The notes under the pieces are model-generated. The model was not told the DNA's origin, did no database searches, and worked only from the letters and a program-made list of their open reading frames with translations. 32,000 nucleotides of DNA, from NCBI RefSeq assembly GCF_000446015.1, contig NC_022093.1, positions 210,001-242,000 on the forward strand, in the 5' to 3' direction. The stretch comes from Thermofilum adornatum. Its GTDB lineage: Archaea > Thermoproteota > Thermoprotei > Thermofilales > Thermofilaceae. Both the position numbers and the translations under genes were made by a program. The number at the start of each line of letters is the position of its first letter. Position 1 is the first letter of the stretch. Shown here in pieces: positions 7,717 to 16,119 of this stretch.

Positions 7717-8420
7717 AATAATGTCGAGAGGTAATGGGTAGATACTAGGAAAATGATGTAAAAGATAGAGAAGTATAGGTCTTTTCTCGAAATTTTGGTT
7801 TCTTCCAGGTATGTTCTGTCAGGGTATTTACCGAAGCCTCTTGCCTGCATCGAGATTGCAATCGCTAGTGATCTTTTGACTGTTAGGAATAGGAGCGGGA
7901 ACACGTAGGATATTATGTATCGGTGTGGTTTTCTCCATGAGAAGTATCCCTTGATTTTTCTGAAGGATATCATGTTTTCCAGGTCTCTCTGTATCAGTGG
8001 TGCAAGGCGTAGGGTTATGAAGGACATGTAAGCGTATATGTATGGTACTTTGAGCTGTAGTGCTAGGGAGGTGGCGAGCGACTTTGGCGTTGTGGATGAT
8101 ACGAAGAGTATTGAGTATTCGATTATGACTAGTATTCTGGCTGTTAGGGCTAGGGACATTGATAGGGCCTTGGTAATCGTGAGGGAATAGTTGTAGATGT
8201 ATAGGGCAAAGTTTACCCATGTATAACCTATGAGTGTAGAAATTATGCCTAGGAATATTGGCTTTGTTATTCTTGGCTTCTCATATGCGAGAAAAATGCA
8301 TGCCATTGTTATGTGGAAAAACGCGATAGTTGGGTTGCCCGTTAGGGCTACTTGAAAGATTCCTATGAGGAATAGGGAGAGCTTGACGAGCGGGTTAAGT
8401 TGTTGGAGAAGGCTTTTCAT
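7713..8420 (-). CDS. ykoC: ECF transporter transmembrane (T) component, EcfT/CbiQ family (YkoC-like)
   Basis: Polytopic membrane protein with the C-terminal ...LAIAISMQARGF motif typical of CbiQ/EcfT. Its start overlaps the upstream ATPase stop as ATGA. Confidence 0.8.
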   Translation of the reverse strand: MKSLLQQLNPLVKLSLFLIGIFQVALTGNPTIAFFHITMACIFLAYEKPRITKPIFLGIISTLIGYTWVNFALYIYNYSLTITKALSMSLALTARILVIIEYSILFVSSTTPKSLATSLALQLKVPYIYAYMSFITLRLAPLIQRDLENMISFRKIKGYFSWRKPHRYIISYVFPLLFLTVKRSLAIAISMQARGFGKYPDRTYLEETKISRKDLYFSIFYIIFLVSTHYLSTLF

Positions 8421-10006
8421 TTCTGCCGGTCACCCCTCGCCAATTGCTTTAATGTTTCACGGTAGTCTTGCAGGGTCTCTTTTAGCTGAGCTGGATCCTC
8501 GGCTTCCTTCAAGAAGCTTGGCGGGTCAAAGTTTATGCGTTGCCATATGTCCCTGTTTAAGAGTAGGTCTTCTAGGCTTCCTGCGAAGACTATTCTGCCC
8601 TGGGACAGCCCATAAATTTTTGACTGTAGGAGTGTTACTAGCCATGAGTCGTGTGTTACTAGGATTACTGTTTTCCCAGAGTTTGCCAGGTGTTCTATGT
8701 TCTTTAACACGAGGAGGCTGTATTTTAGGTCTAGGCCAAAGGTTGGCTCGTCTAGGAGGTATACTGGCCTGTCCAAGAGGATCATTTCTAGTAAGGATAC
8801 GAGCCTTTTCTCTCCTTGGCTTAGCTCGTAGACAACCTTGTCTCTGAGCTTTTCTAGACCAAATCTTTTCAGTGCCTGTTCGGGGTCGAGACTGGTCCTC
8901 CTGGATCCATTTGACACAACGCTTCTGATTTCTTCTTCGACTGTTCTCTCTGTGAACTGGTGGTCTGGTATCTGTGTAACGTAGGCTACACTGGTGGGTG
9001 AGGGCTTTTTTCCTTGCACTGTTATCTGGCCATTTTTTGGCTTTATGAGGCCTGCTATTGTTTTGAGGAGGGTAGTTTTACCGCTTCCGTTGGGACCTAT
9101 TATGACAGTTGTTTCCCCTCTTTTTGCTGTGAAGTCTATGTCGTGCAGGATAATTTTTCCGCCTAATTGTACCTGTAGGGACTTTGCTTGGACTGTTGGG
9201 TCTGCATCTTCTACTGTAGGGTTGATGCTTTGGGGTTCTGTGTTTAAGCTGGGGAGGTAGCTTGCAGGTATCCAGACTCCCGAATCTAGGAGCTTTTCTA
9301 GGCCTACTTTCTCTATGAGTTCCTCCATGTTTTGTGCCATGATTCCTTGGCCATTGTCTATGTATAGTATCTTGTCAACGAGATCGAGGACATATTCTAT
9401 CCTGTGTTCTACTAGTATTATAGCCGCGCCGTTCCTTTTTAGCTGTGAGAGCTCGCTGTATATTTCCCTTGCCGTTTTGGGGTCTATGTGTGCTGTCGGC
9501 TCGTCGAGGAGGTAGATTTTTGGATCCATTGCCATTATGCTTGCCAGGGCTAGTTTCTGTTTTTGTCCCGTTGAAAGTATATCTGTTGGGTAATCCTTGA
9601 AACTGCCAAGTGAGGTTTTGTCTAGTGCTTCCTGGGCTCTTTTGATTATTTTCTCTCTAGGGGTCTTCAGGTTTTCGAGTGGAAAGGCCACCTCATCGAA
9701 TACTATCGGCATTACTATCTGTATTTCTGGGTCCTGGAACAGGAGACCAATGTCTCCAACAAGCCCGAGCATCCCGACCTCTAGGGCATTTTTTCCAGCA
9801 ACAGTTAGAATTCCTTCGACCCTTCCAGGTATATGATGTGGTATAGCGCCCGCTATAGTTAAGAGCAAGGTAGATTTCCCGCTTCCAGTTGGACCCATCA
9901 GTAGAAGACATTCTCCCCCGTCGATGCTAAAAGAAATATTCTTTACGACGGGTTTCTCGTTATTGGGGTAAAAAATAGTTATATTTTGGGCTTCAACTAG
10001 GCTCAA
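8417..10006 (-). CDS. ykoD: ECF transporter duplicated ATPase (fused EcfA-EcfA', YkoD-like)
   Basis: Two ABC cassettes. Walker A motifs are GPTGSGKST and GPNGSGKTT. Signatures are LSTGQKQKL and LSQGEKRLV. Walker B motifs are IYLLDEPT and VYLLDEPT. TTG start overlapping the ykoE stop (TTGA). Confidence 0.9.
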   Translation of the reverse strand: MSLVEAQNITIFYPNNEKPVVKNISFSIDGGECLLLMGPTGSGKSTLLLTIAGAIPHHIPGRVEGILTVAGKNALEVGMLGLVGDIGLLFQDPEIQIVMPIVFDEVAFPLENLKTPREKIIKRAQEALDKTSLGSFKDYPTDILSTGQKQKLALASIMAMDPKIYLLDEPTAHIDPKTAREIYSELSQLKRNGAAIILVEHRIEYVLDLVDKILYIDNGQGIMAQNMEELIEKVGLEKLLDSGVWIPASYLPSLNTEPQSINPTVEDADPTVQAKSLQVQLGGKIILHDIDFTAKRGETTVIIGPNGSGKTTLLKTIAGLIKPKNGQITVQGKKPSPTSVAYVTQIPDHQFTERTVEEEIRSVVSNGSRRTSLDPEQALKRFGLEKLRDKVVYELSQGEKRLVSLLEMILLDRPVYLLDEPTFGLDLKYSLLVLKNIEHLANSGKTVILVTHDSWLVTLLQSKIYGLSQGRIVFAGSLEDLLLNRDIWQRINFDPPSFLKEAEDPAQLKETLQDYRETLKQLARGDRQK

Positions 10007-10587
10007 TATTTTTTCACCGACTTGCCTACCGCAAAGGCGTCGAGTAGCGAGGATTTTTTAGCCACGTAGTCTAGTATCGCCTTTACAAGTATCCCTGCGA
10101 ATATCGCGCCGCTTACAAAATACAGGGACCAAAAGACGATTCTCTGTTCGGGCGTCAGGGGGTTAGTTATCCCGTAGAGAATTGTGTCGGCAGGAGCAGC
10201 CCAGAGGGCTGGGGCTGCTCCTGCAAGTGCCATTGTAAGCCAGTCCCACTTCTTATATCTTGTAAGGAAGAAGACTGCTTCACTCATTAGGCCCTGCATG
10301 AAGCCATACAGGAGGACTGTGGACGCAAATTGTGACCCGTAAAAGAGTTCAAGTATAGCTGCGAGAAGCTCGCCTAGAACTGCTACGTAGGGCTTGCGGA
10401 TGATATATGCTGGGATTGTTGCTCCGATGAACCATACGCCATAGATTATAGGCGTGAGTGATAAGCCTAGAAGTAGCTTTGTGGCGTCCCAGACGATGTT
10501 GGACCAGACGAGAAAGATTGCTCCTATGACTGCTGATGTTGCCGCTGTTAGTACCAGCTCTTCAATTCTTAGTTTTTCGTTCATCAT
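10003..10587 (-). CDS. ykoE: ECF S component of the YkoE family (HMP/thiamine-related)
   Basis: IYGVWFIGATIPAYIIRKPYVAVLGELLAAILELFYG closely resembles my recollection of Bacillus YkoE (IYGIWF...AYMIRKPGAALVSEIIAALVE). Operon order is E-D-C. Confidence 0.8.
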   Translation of the reverse strand: MMNEKLRIEELVLTAATSAVIGAIFLVWSNIVWDATKLLLGLSLTPIIYGVWFIGATIPAYIIRKPYVAVLGELLAAILELFYGSQFASTVLLYGFMQGLMSEAVFFLTRYKKWDWLTMALAGAAPALWAAPADTILYGITNPLTPEQRIVFWSLYFVSGAIFAGILVKAILDYVAKKSSLLDAFAVGKSVKKY

Positions 10588-10606
10588 TTTTTATTTTCTA
10601 AAACTG

Positions 10607-10614
10607 ATTTATAT
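10607..10614 (-). promoter_or_regulatory. TATA-like box (ATATAAAT on the minus strand) about 24 nt upstream of the ykoE ATG
   Basis: The spacing fits a leaderless transcript. A degenerate inverted copy of the ATAACnGAGTT motif (AACTGATTTAT, 10602-10612) overlaps it. Confidence 0.4.
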
Positions 10615-10665
10615 GCTTAACGTTTGCACTTTCCACCATTTAAGAAGAAGTTATTTCATTTCTTT

Positions 10666-10676
10666 ATAACCGAGTT
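10666..10676 (+). promoter_or_regulatory. candidate operator, copy 1 of ATAACnGAGTT (ATAACCGAGTT), embedded in TTTATAAC
   Basis: One of three same-orientation copies in the 166-nt ykoE/thiR intergenic region. Confidence 0.5.
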
Positions 10677-10693
10677 TTGAGGTAAATGAGAAC

Positions 10694-10704
10694 ATAACAG
10701 AGTT
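10694..10704 (+). promoter_or_regulatory. candidate operator, copy 2 (ATAACAGAGTT), part of the palindrome ATAAC-AGA-GTTAT
   Basis: ATAACAGAGTTAT (10694-10706) is a 5-3-5 inverted repeat. Confidence 0.5.
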
Positions 10705-10737
10705 ATAGATTACCTTTAAAAGTTTCTCGTCGTAAGA

Positions 10738-10751
10738 TTTATAACTGAGTT
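10738..10751 (+). promoter_or_regulatory. TATA-like TTTATAA (10738-10744) fused to operator copy 3, ATAACTGAGTT (10741-10751)
   Basis: The TATA box lies about 35-40 nt upstream of ATG 10778, and the motif overlaps it. This layout suits autorepression. Confidence 0.45.
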
Positions 10752-10777
10752 AAATGCAATTCTTATTAAGGATTTTG

Positions 10778-11731
10778 ATGTTTCCTGAGACAGTTGCATC
10801 TAATGTGTTTATTCCTTATCTCAGGAAACTACTGATTCTCGAGCTTCGAAGGCTTGGCATGTCTCAGACAGATATTGCTCGTCTCACTGGTGTTACTCAG
10901 GCGGCTGTCAGCAAGGTTCTTAATAAGGAGTATTTTCACAGTGAGAAGGTTTCTGGTCTGGATTTGGCTGAGCAGGAGCTGAAGGCTGTCTCGAAGAGGA
11001 TAGCGAAACTGCTGTATAATGGCAACTTGAATGAGGCTGGATATCTGGCCAATAGGTATTGGTGGCTTGTGGCTGCGAGTGGAGACGCGTGTAAGGCCCA
11101 TGAAAGGTATGGGTGGCGTAAGAGCGAGTGCTTTATTTGTACCAAGGTTGTTTACCCAGAACTCGATGTCAGCCGTGGTCTGGTGATGGCCGACCTAGAG
11201 AGAGCCCTATTAGTTTTGTCTTCGTCCGAGTATTTTGGTTTCTTGATACCGGAGGTTATGAGCAATATTGCTGTTGCTATTCCTGGCGCCAAGAGCATAT
11301 ATGACGTGGCCGCAGTTCCGGGAAGGATTTCACGTTCAAAGACGAATGAAGTTTTGTATAGGAGGCCAGAGTTTGGCGCTAGCAGGCATCTGGGCGGAAT
11401 CCTATTGTCTATCAACGGGAAATTTAGAGCTGTAATGAATATCAGATATGATGAGGTCATCCGCGAGTCACTCATAAGTATGGGTATTTCATTCAAGGAG
11501 TTTAGTAGTGAGGATTATCCTTCAGCAAATCCAGCTGCCTCTGCGGCTGCCGACTTGCTCGAGAAGTGTCCTGACTGCCGGGCACTGGTCGATGTTGGTG
11601 GGACGAATATTGAAAGTGTTGTCTATCTTTTTGGTAACCGGGCGATAGAGGTAGCGAATTTGGCTGTGTCTCTTGGTGACCTTTACTATGCGGTTTCAGT
11701 TAAATATGGGAAAAGTCTAGGGAATCTATGA
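10778..11731 (+). CDS. thiR: ThiR-type transcriptional regulator: N-terminal HTH plus C-terminal ThiN (thiamine-phosphate-synthase-like) domain
   Basis: HTH at GMSQTDIARLTGVTQAAVSKVLN. The ThiN-like part includes FGFLIPEVMSNIAVAIPGA...AAVPGRI. It is divergent from ykoEDC. The ORF track starts at 10754, but the TATA position favours ATG 10778. Confidence 0.75.
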   Translation: MFPETVASNVFIPYLRKLLILELRRLGMSQTDIARLTGVTQAAVSKVLNKEYFHSEKVSGLDLAEQELKAVSKRIAKLLYNGNLNEAGYLANRYWWLVAASGDACKAHERYGWRKSECFICTKVVYPELDVSRGLVMADLERALLVLSSSEYFGFLIPEVMSNIAVAIPGAKSIYDVAAVPGRISRSKTNEVLYRRPEFGASRHLGGILLSINGKFRAVMNIRYDEVIRESLISMGISFKEFSSEDYPSANPAASAAADLLEKCPDCRALVDVGGTNIESVVYLFGNRAIEVANLAVSLGDLYYAVSVKYGKSLGNL

Positions 11732-11813
11732 TTAATCTATATTTACTTTTATTCTTAGAATTATGACAATTAAATATTAATACTTGTTTAACAGAATATA
11801 GGAATGAAGAAGT

Positions 11814-12884
11814 ATGGGTGAAAGGGGTCCTGGAACGTTGGATGCGGGTTCCCCTAGGGATGTGGCTGTTCAACTTTTGAAGTTCCTGGGTCTAACTGGT
11901 CTTGAGGCTGAATTATACCTCTTGTTGCTTGAGAAGGGTCCAATGAGTGCTCCTGAAATATCTGACCACTTGGTTAAGCATAGGCCCCAGATTCACGTTG
12001 CCTTGACTAGGCTGTCTTCTAAGGGGTATATCGAAGAGCTGGGCGGCAGGCCTAAGAAGTATAGGGCTGTTGATCCACAATTGTTGCTGAATATTTTTCT
12101 GAAAGATTTTGATGTCTTGGCGAAGAAGGCTCTAGCCTATATGCAGTCAATTTCGAGACCATCCCCCGAGGAAAAGTACGGCGTGTGGATTATACGGGAG
12201 CCGGAGGTAGCTAAGAACAGGATGGCAGAACTTTTAGACACTGCTACTACGGATGCCTTGATAATGGGCGATATAAAGTTCATACATCTCCTCAGCGAGA
12301 AGATCGAGAATGCTATAAACCGTGGGGTCCGCGTGTATGTTCTTTCATATTCTCTTGGCGAGAGGGGAGCCAAGTTTATCTTGGAAGACATGCCGTTTCT
12401 AAAGAAGCTCAGAGTTGCTGTTTCCGGAGACCTGGTAATTGTTGTCGACTCTGAACGGGGAGGCGTTCTTAAGGCTCGCCCGACTCTTCCAACTAGGCAT
12501 GGGTACCTTATCGAGGAAAGAACGCTTACAGACTACCTTTCGCATGACTTTATGAATAGATGGGTAAACGCTAAGGTGATAGTTGATGAGGACTACGAGT
12601 TGCCTTGGAGGTTTACTTTTCACAGGATGGCCCTCTATGAGACAAAGAAGCTTCTCCTCGAGAACAGGAAATTGAGGCTGAAGGTTAAGGGCTACGAGAT
12701 AGATACTGGCGCAAGAGTCGAAATAGATGGAAACATAATAGATGCGGTGCTTGACGTTCCGGCAGGATTTGCCCATTTCAAGGTTGAGACTGATTCTGGA
12801 ATAGTTAGAGTTGGTGGACTGGACGCTATTGTAGAGGAGGTTGCCGGAGAATTTTTCGAAATATATGAGGGATCTAAGCAGTAA
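11814..12884 (+). CDS. TrmB-family transcriptional regulator (wHTH plus C-terminal effector domain)
   Basis: LGLTGLEAELYLLLLEKGPMSAPEISDHLVKHRPQIHVALTRLSSKGYIEE is the classic TrmB N-terminal winged helix. At 356 aa the size matches TrmB/TrmBL proteins. Confidence 0.75.
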   Translation: MGERGPGTLDAGSPRDVAVQLLKFLGLTGLEAELYLLLLEKGPMSAPEISDHLVKHRPQIHVALTRLSSKGYIEELGGRPKKYRAVDPQLLLNIFLKDFDVLAKKALAYMQSISRPSPEEKYGVWIIREPEVAKNRMAELLDTATTDALIMGDIKFIHLLSEKIENAINRGVRVYVLSYSLGERGAKFILEDMPFLKKLRVAVSGDLVIVVDSERGGVLKARPTLPTRHGYLIEERTLTDYLSHDFMNRWVNAKVIVDEDYELPWRFTFHRMALYETKKLLLENRKLRLKVKGYEIDTGARVEIDGNIIDAVLDVPAGFAHFKVETDSGIVRVGGLDAIVEEVAGEFFEIYEGSKQ

Positions 12885-14529
12885 ATTTGTACTTTATTAT
12901 TTCCCAAGCTAGCCGCGGAGTCAAGTAGGAGAGTACAATTTTCTTCATTGGGTAGAGCTCCTCTTCTTTTAGGGTTTCCTTGGAGTCAAAGACCCCCGCT
13001 TTTTTCATTTGTCGCGCCAGACTTATGCTCTGAATAACTGCGGCATAGTATTCGTCGTCGATGAGTCCAACCTTGTGCTTGCTCTTGGCTAGGCTTTCAA
13101 CAGCGTTGTATGTTGCTTCTGCTATTTCTCGTCTTGTCAACCACTGGGTTTCATAGTTTAACATTTCGTGCCAGTTTTTAGCAAGAAGCAGTTTCCGGTG
13201 GTCTGTCAGGGTATAGGCGTATAGCTTGTATCCATATTTTGCCGATTTGTGGAAAGCTATGCTTCCAGGATCAACGAAGGGTGCAAGTGGGGCGACGAAG
13301 GCATCAACGGTGTTTGGGGCTTCTTGCCAGAGCTCCTCGAAAAAGCTTCCAATTGGTCTTACGTTTTCAACTGTCTGGCCGGGTAGGCCTATCATAAAGT
13401 AAAGGTCTATTCTTTCGAAGCCTAGTTGCTTGGCGTTTCTTAGGAAGGTTTTGAGTGTTTGGTTTGTGTAGGGTCTACCGTAGTGTCTTCTTATTTCTTC
13501 GTCCTGAGATTCAGGCGAGATCTGAAGGTAAACTCTTTCGCTGGCTTTCCTCATAAGTTCCAAGACCTCTCTCGGTGGGGGTACGAAAAATTCGAAGAAT
13601 ACTTCCAGGTCTTGTTTTTCGCTACTTAGGAGCTTCGTTAGCTTTTCTATGTAGGTTTTTCCTAGAACCTGGAGGTCGTTGACAAAAAATATTGGCGCCT
13701 TTAACCTCTCGGTTATTTCCTTGTATTCCTCAAAAAGGGTTTCAGGCTTCTTTATTCCTAGATTTTTCCTTTGAAAGATTACGCTATAGGTAAAGTGGCT
13801 TCCCCCGCATGCTAGACAGTTGTAGGTACACCCCTTATAGGTTATTACAGCCGTGACGGGGTGCTTTAGAAATGTGCTCCATGGAAGCGAGAGGGTAACC
13901 CCGCTTCTGACCATAACTTTTACGACTATATCGTACTTGGGGCGAAGCTCGTCGAGTTCTGCTGGGACGTATTTTAAGCCTGTGAATTTTATTTTCCCGT
14001 CTTTTGTCCTGTAGGCTATATTAGGTATCTCCTTCAATTCCTCTAGGAGACCTTTCTCGAGCTTTTGAAGAAGCTGGTAGAATATGGGCTCGGTTGTGTC
14101 GCCAAGGACAATGGCGTCTACAAAGGGATAGTTTTCTAGTATCTCGCGCCAATAGTAGGTGGATGAGAGGCCGCCAAGAACAACTGGATTCCCCGTGATT
14201 TCTTTAACTAGCTTTGCAACTTCAAGGGCACCGTGGGAATGAACCAGCCAGTGGAGATCTATACCGTATACTTTGGCGTCTATTTGACGGATCAGCCTTG
14301 CTACATCTACATTGGGATCGTTCACCATTTTAGCGGCGATGTTGTATATGCCGGTCTTTATTCCTCTCTCTTCTAGGTATGAAGCCAGCGAGAAGAAACC
14401 CGCAGGATACATGTCGAAGATAGGTTTAGATGGTATAACGTCGCTTATGGGACCATAATTTACGTAGGTATGTTTCCTGAAGTCGTATACGCTTGGTGCA
14501 TGTATGAGAGCCAAGTCTAAGTGCTTCAC
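12874..14529 (-). CDS. B12-binding-domain radical SAM protein (class B-like), function unknown
   Basis: The N-terminal Rossmann-like part (VYGIDLHWLVHSHGALEVAKLVKE...NPVVLGGLSSTYYW) is followed by CTYNCLACGG (CX3CX2C). GTG start. TAATATTAA lies on the minus strand about 26 nt upstream. Confidence 0.8.
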   Translation of the reverse strand: MKHLDLALIHAPSVYDFRKHTYVNYGPISDVIPSKPIFDMYPAGFFSLASYLEERGIKTGIYNIAAKMVNDPNVDVARLIRQIDAKVYGIDLHWLVHSHGALEVAKLVKEITGNPVVLGGLSSTYYWREILENYPFVDAIVLGDTTEPIFYQLLQKLEKGLLEELKEIPNIAYRTKDGKIKFTGLKYVPAELDELRPKYDIVVKVMVRSGVTLSLPWSTFLKHPVTAVITYKGCTYNCLACGGSHFTYSVIFQRKNLGIKKPETLFEEYKEITERLKAPIFFVNDLQVLGKTYIEKLTKLLSSEKQDLEVFFEFFVPPPREVLELMRKASERVYLQISPESQDEEIRRHYGRPYTNQTLKTFLRNAKQLGFERIDLYFMIGLPGQTVENVRPIGSFFEELWQEAPNTVDAFVAPLAPFVDPGSIAFHKSAKYGYKLYAYTLTDHRKLLLAKNWHEMLNYETQWLTRREIAEATYNAVESLAKSKHKVGLIDDEYYAAVIQSISLARQMKKAGVFDSKETLKEEELYPMKKIVLSYLTPRLAWEIIKYKFTA

Positions 14530-14607
14530 AGAAAAATGGAGCCCTTAGGTTAATATTAGTTTTTTGTAAAATTTTTCCTTAATAGAAAACTAGATTTCGT
14601 TCAGGCT

Positions 14608-15678
14608 TTAGGGAATGACTTCGACCGTATTATTGTAAGGAGGGTAAAGAATGTCTTTTAGAGTAATTCTCCCCTCTTTTAAGTAGTTTTTTATGGTTGG
14701 AAGTGCCTCTAGAAGGGAATCTATGAGGCCTATAGTTGCTTTGCACACTTCTTTGAAGCCGTTTTCGCCCCAAAGCCTCTCCATGTATGCGTACAAGCAC
14801 CTTCCACCACAATACCTGTAGTAGCTACAGGAGATACAGGGTTCACCTATTTTTGGAGCAGACTCGGGGCTAAGTTTGCCTTGAGAAATATTTCCCAGCT
14901 CTGCCCATTTCTCCTCTACAGCTATGGGGCAGGCAAGAATCCTCCCATCAGTTAAAATCGAGAAAGAATTCACTCCAGCCCCACAGGGCGGAGCGGCATA
15001 ATTATCAATGAATGTTTTTGTTATGATAGCCTTAAATGGGGCAATTCCAAGTACTGTTCCCCTCGACATCTCTTCAACCCAAACATCAACCAGCTTCCTT
15101 ACCCCGGGAAGGTACGACGCATCCCTCCATTGCTGGAAGTTTTTCCATCTGTCGCTCCATACAACGTCTAGCTGCCAGTGTACATGGGTGAATAGTTTCA
15201 ATGATAAAAGATGCATGACGTCTAGATAAATATCTGTATCCTCTGTCACAGTCATCCTTGCTATTAAATCACCTGTGAAACCTATTGTCCTTAGCCACTC
15301 TGCGGTAGATATTACTTTTTCGTAGACCCCTTTTCCGCGATACTTGTCCGTAACTTCTGGCCTGCCGTCTATAGACAAGAGTATTGCATCGAACTTGAGC
15401 CAGTAATCTTTTGGAAGACTCCTGGGAATCGTCCCGTTTGTCTGAATGACAAAATGTTTCACTTTGACATTGTCAATCGCCCACATTATAAATTCAGGGT
15501 TTAGAAGCGGCTCGCCACCATAAAATGCAATGACCGCCTCGGGGTCTTTCTCAATAAACCTTTTAAGATACTCAGGGTTGTATTGTATTTTCCAAGGCAC
15601 TTTTCTGGGGTCGAAGCTTCCCCCACAATAAGCGCATTTCAGGTTGCATTGACCAGTCGTGTGCACTATGTAGAGCAT
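14608..15678 (-). CDS. radical SAM protein with a C-terminal SPASM domain (peptide- or cofactor-maturase-like), function unknown
   Basis: CNLKCAYC (CX3CX2C) at the N-terminus and FYGGEPLL. The full SPASM cysteine pattern is present: CGAGVNSFSILTDGRILAC (CX12GX4C), CISCSYYRYCGGRC (CX2CX5CX3C) and a later Cys in FKEVCK. Confidence 0.85.
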   Translation of the reverse strand: MLYIVHTTGQCNLKCAYCGGSFDPRKVPWKIQYNPEYLKRFIEKDPEAVIAFYGGEPLLNPEFIMWAIDNVKVKHFVIQTNGTIPRSLPKDYWLKFDAILLSIDGRPEVTDKYRGKGVYEKVISTAEWLRTIGFTGDLIARMTVTEDTDIYLDVMHLLSLKLFTHVHWQLDVVWSDRWKNFQQWRDASYLPGVRKLVDVWVEEMSRGTVLGIAPFKAIITKTFIDNYAAPPCGAGVNSFSILTDGRILACPIAVEEKWAELGNISQGKLSPESAPKIGEPCISCSYYRYCGGRCLYAYMERLWGENGFKEVCKATIGLIDSLLEALPTIKNYLKEGRITLKDILYPPYNNTVEVIP

Positions 15679-15790
15679 ATTTAGGGGTTCACCATTGATG
15701 TTCTATGTTCCTAGACCCGTAGCAGTAAGAGGATATAACCATTCAGCAAATAATTTTATTCTAGAAAAATTCGCTGCAGTGTTTTCTCTC

Positions 15791-16066
15791 CTAGAAGCGG
15801 CTTAAAAGATCCTCTATGCATCTCATGTAGGCATCATGTCTTTCGCACTTGAGGATTGTTACGCCGGGCACGTTTTCGTATCTAAGGTGGAGCTCGATCA
15901 CTTCTCCTTTTTCCTCGTGGAACCTTACCTTTGCCGTCTTTGTTCCCAGCTTGATTATCAGCGTTTTTTCTCCTTCTTCCTCTGTTTTTGTTACATCGTA
16001 TCCCCTGAATTGTAGCGTCTTCATTACTAGGTCAACTGCCTCTTCTACTCTCATGGTTCTCTCCAA
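15791..16066 (-). CDS. hypothetical small protein (91 aa; alternative start 16054)
   Basis: Intact ORF, E/K-rich, with two Cys near the C-terminus (KCERHDAYMRC). It lies 112 nt upstream of the SPASM gene on the same strand. Confidence 0.5.
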   Translation of the reverse strand: MERTMRVEEAVDLVMKTLQFRGYDVTKTEEEGEKTLIIKLGTKTAKVRFHEEKGEVIELHLRYENVPGVTILKCERHDAYMRCIEDLLSRF

Positions 16067-16119
16067 TCGTTAAACAAATGGATTAATTTATATTTTAGCA
16101 TCCATAACTATGAGACAAC

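Noticed and set aside
8365-8847. 160-aa plus-strand ORF
   Set aside because: It is antisense to the ykoD ATPase. The L/G/R/C-rich sequence does not look like a real protein.
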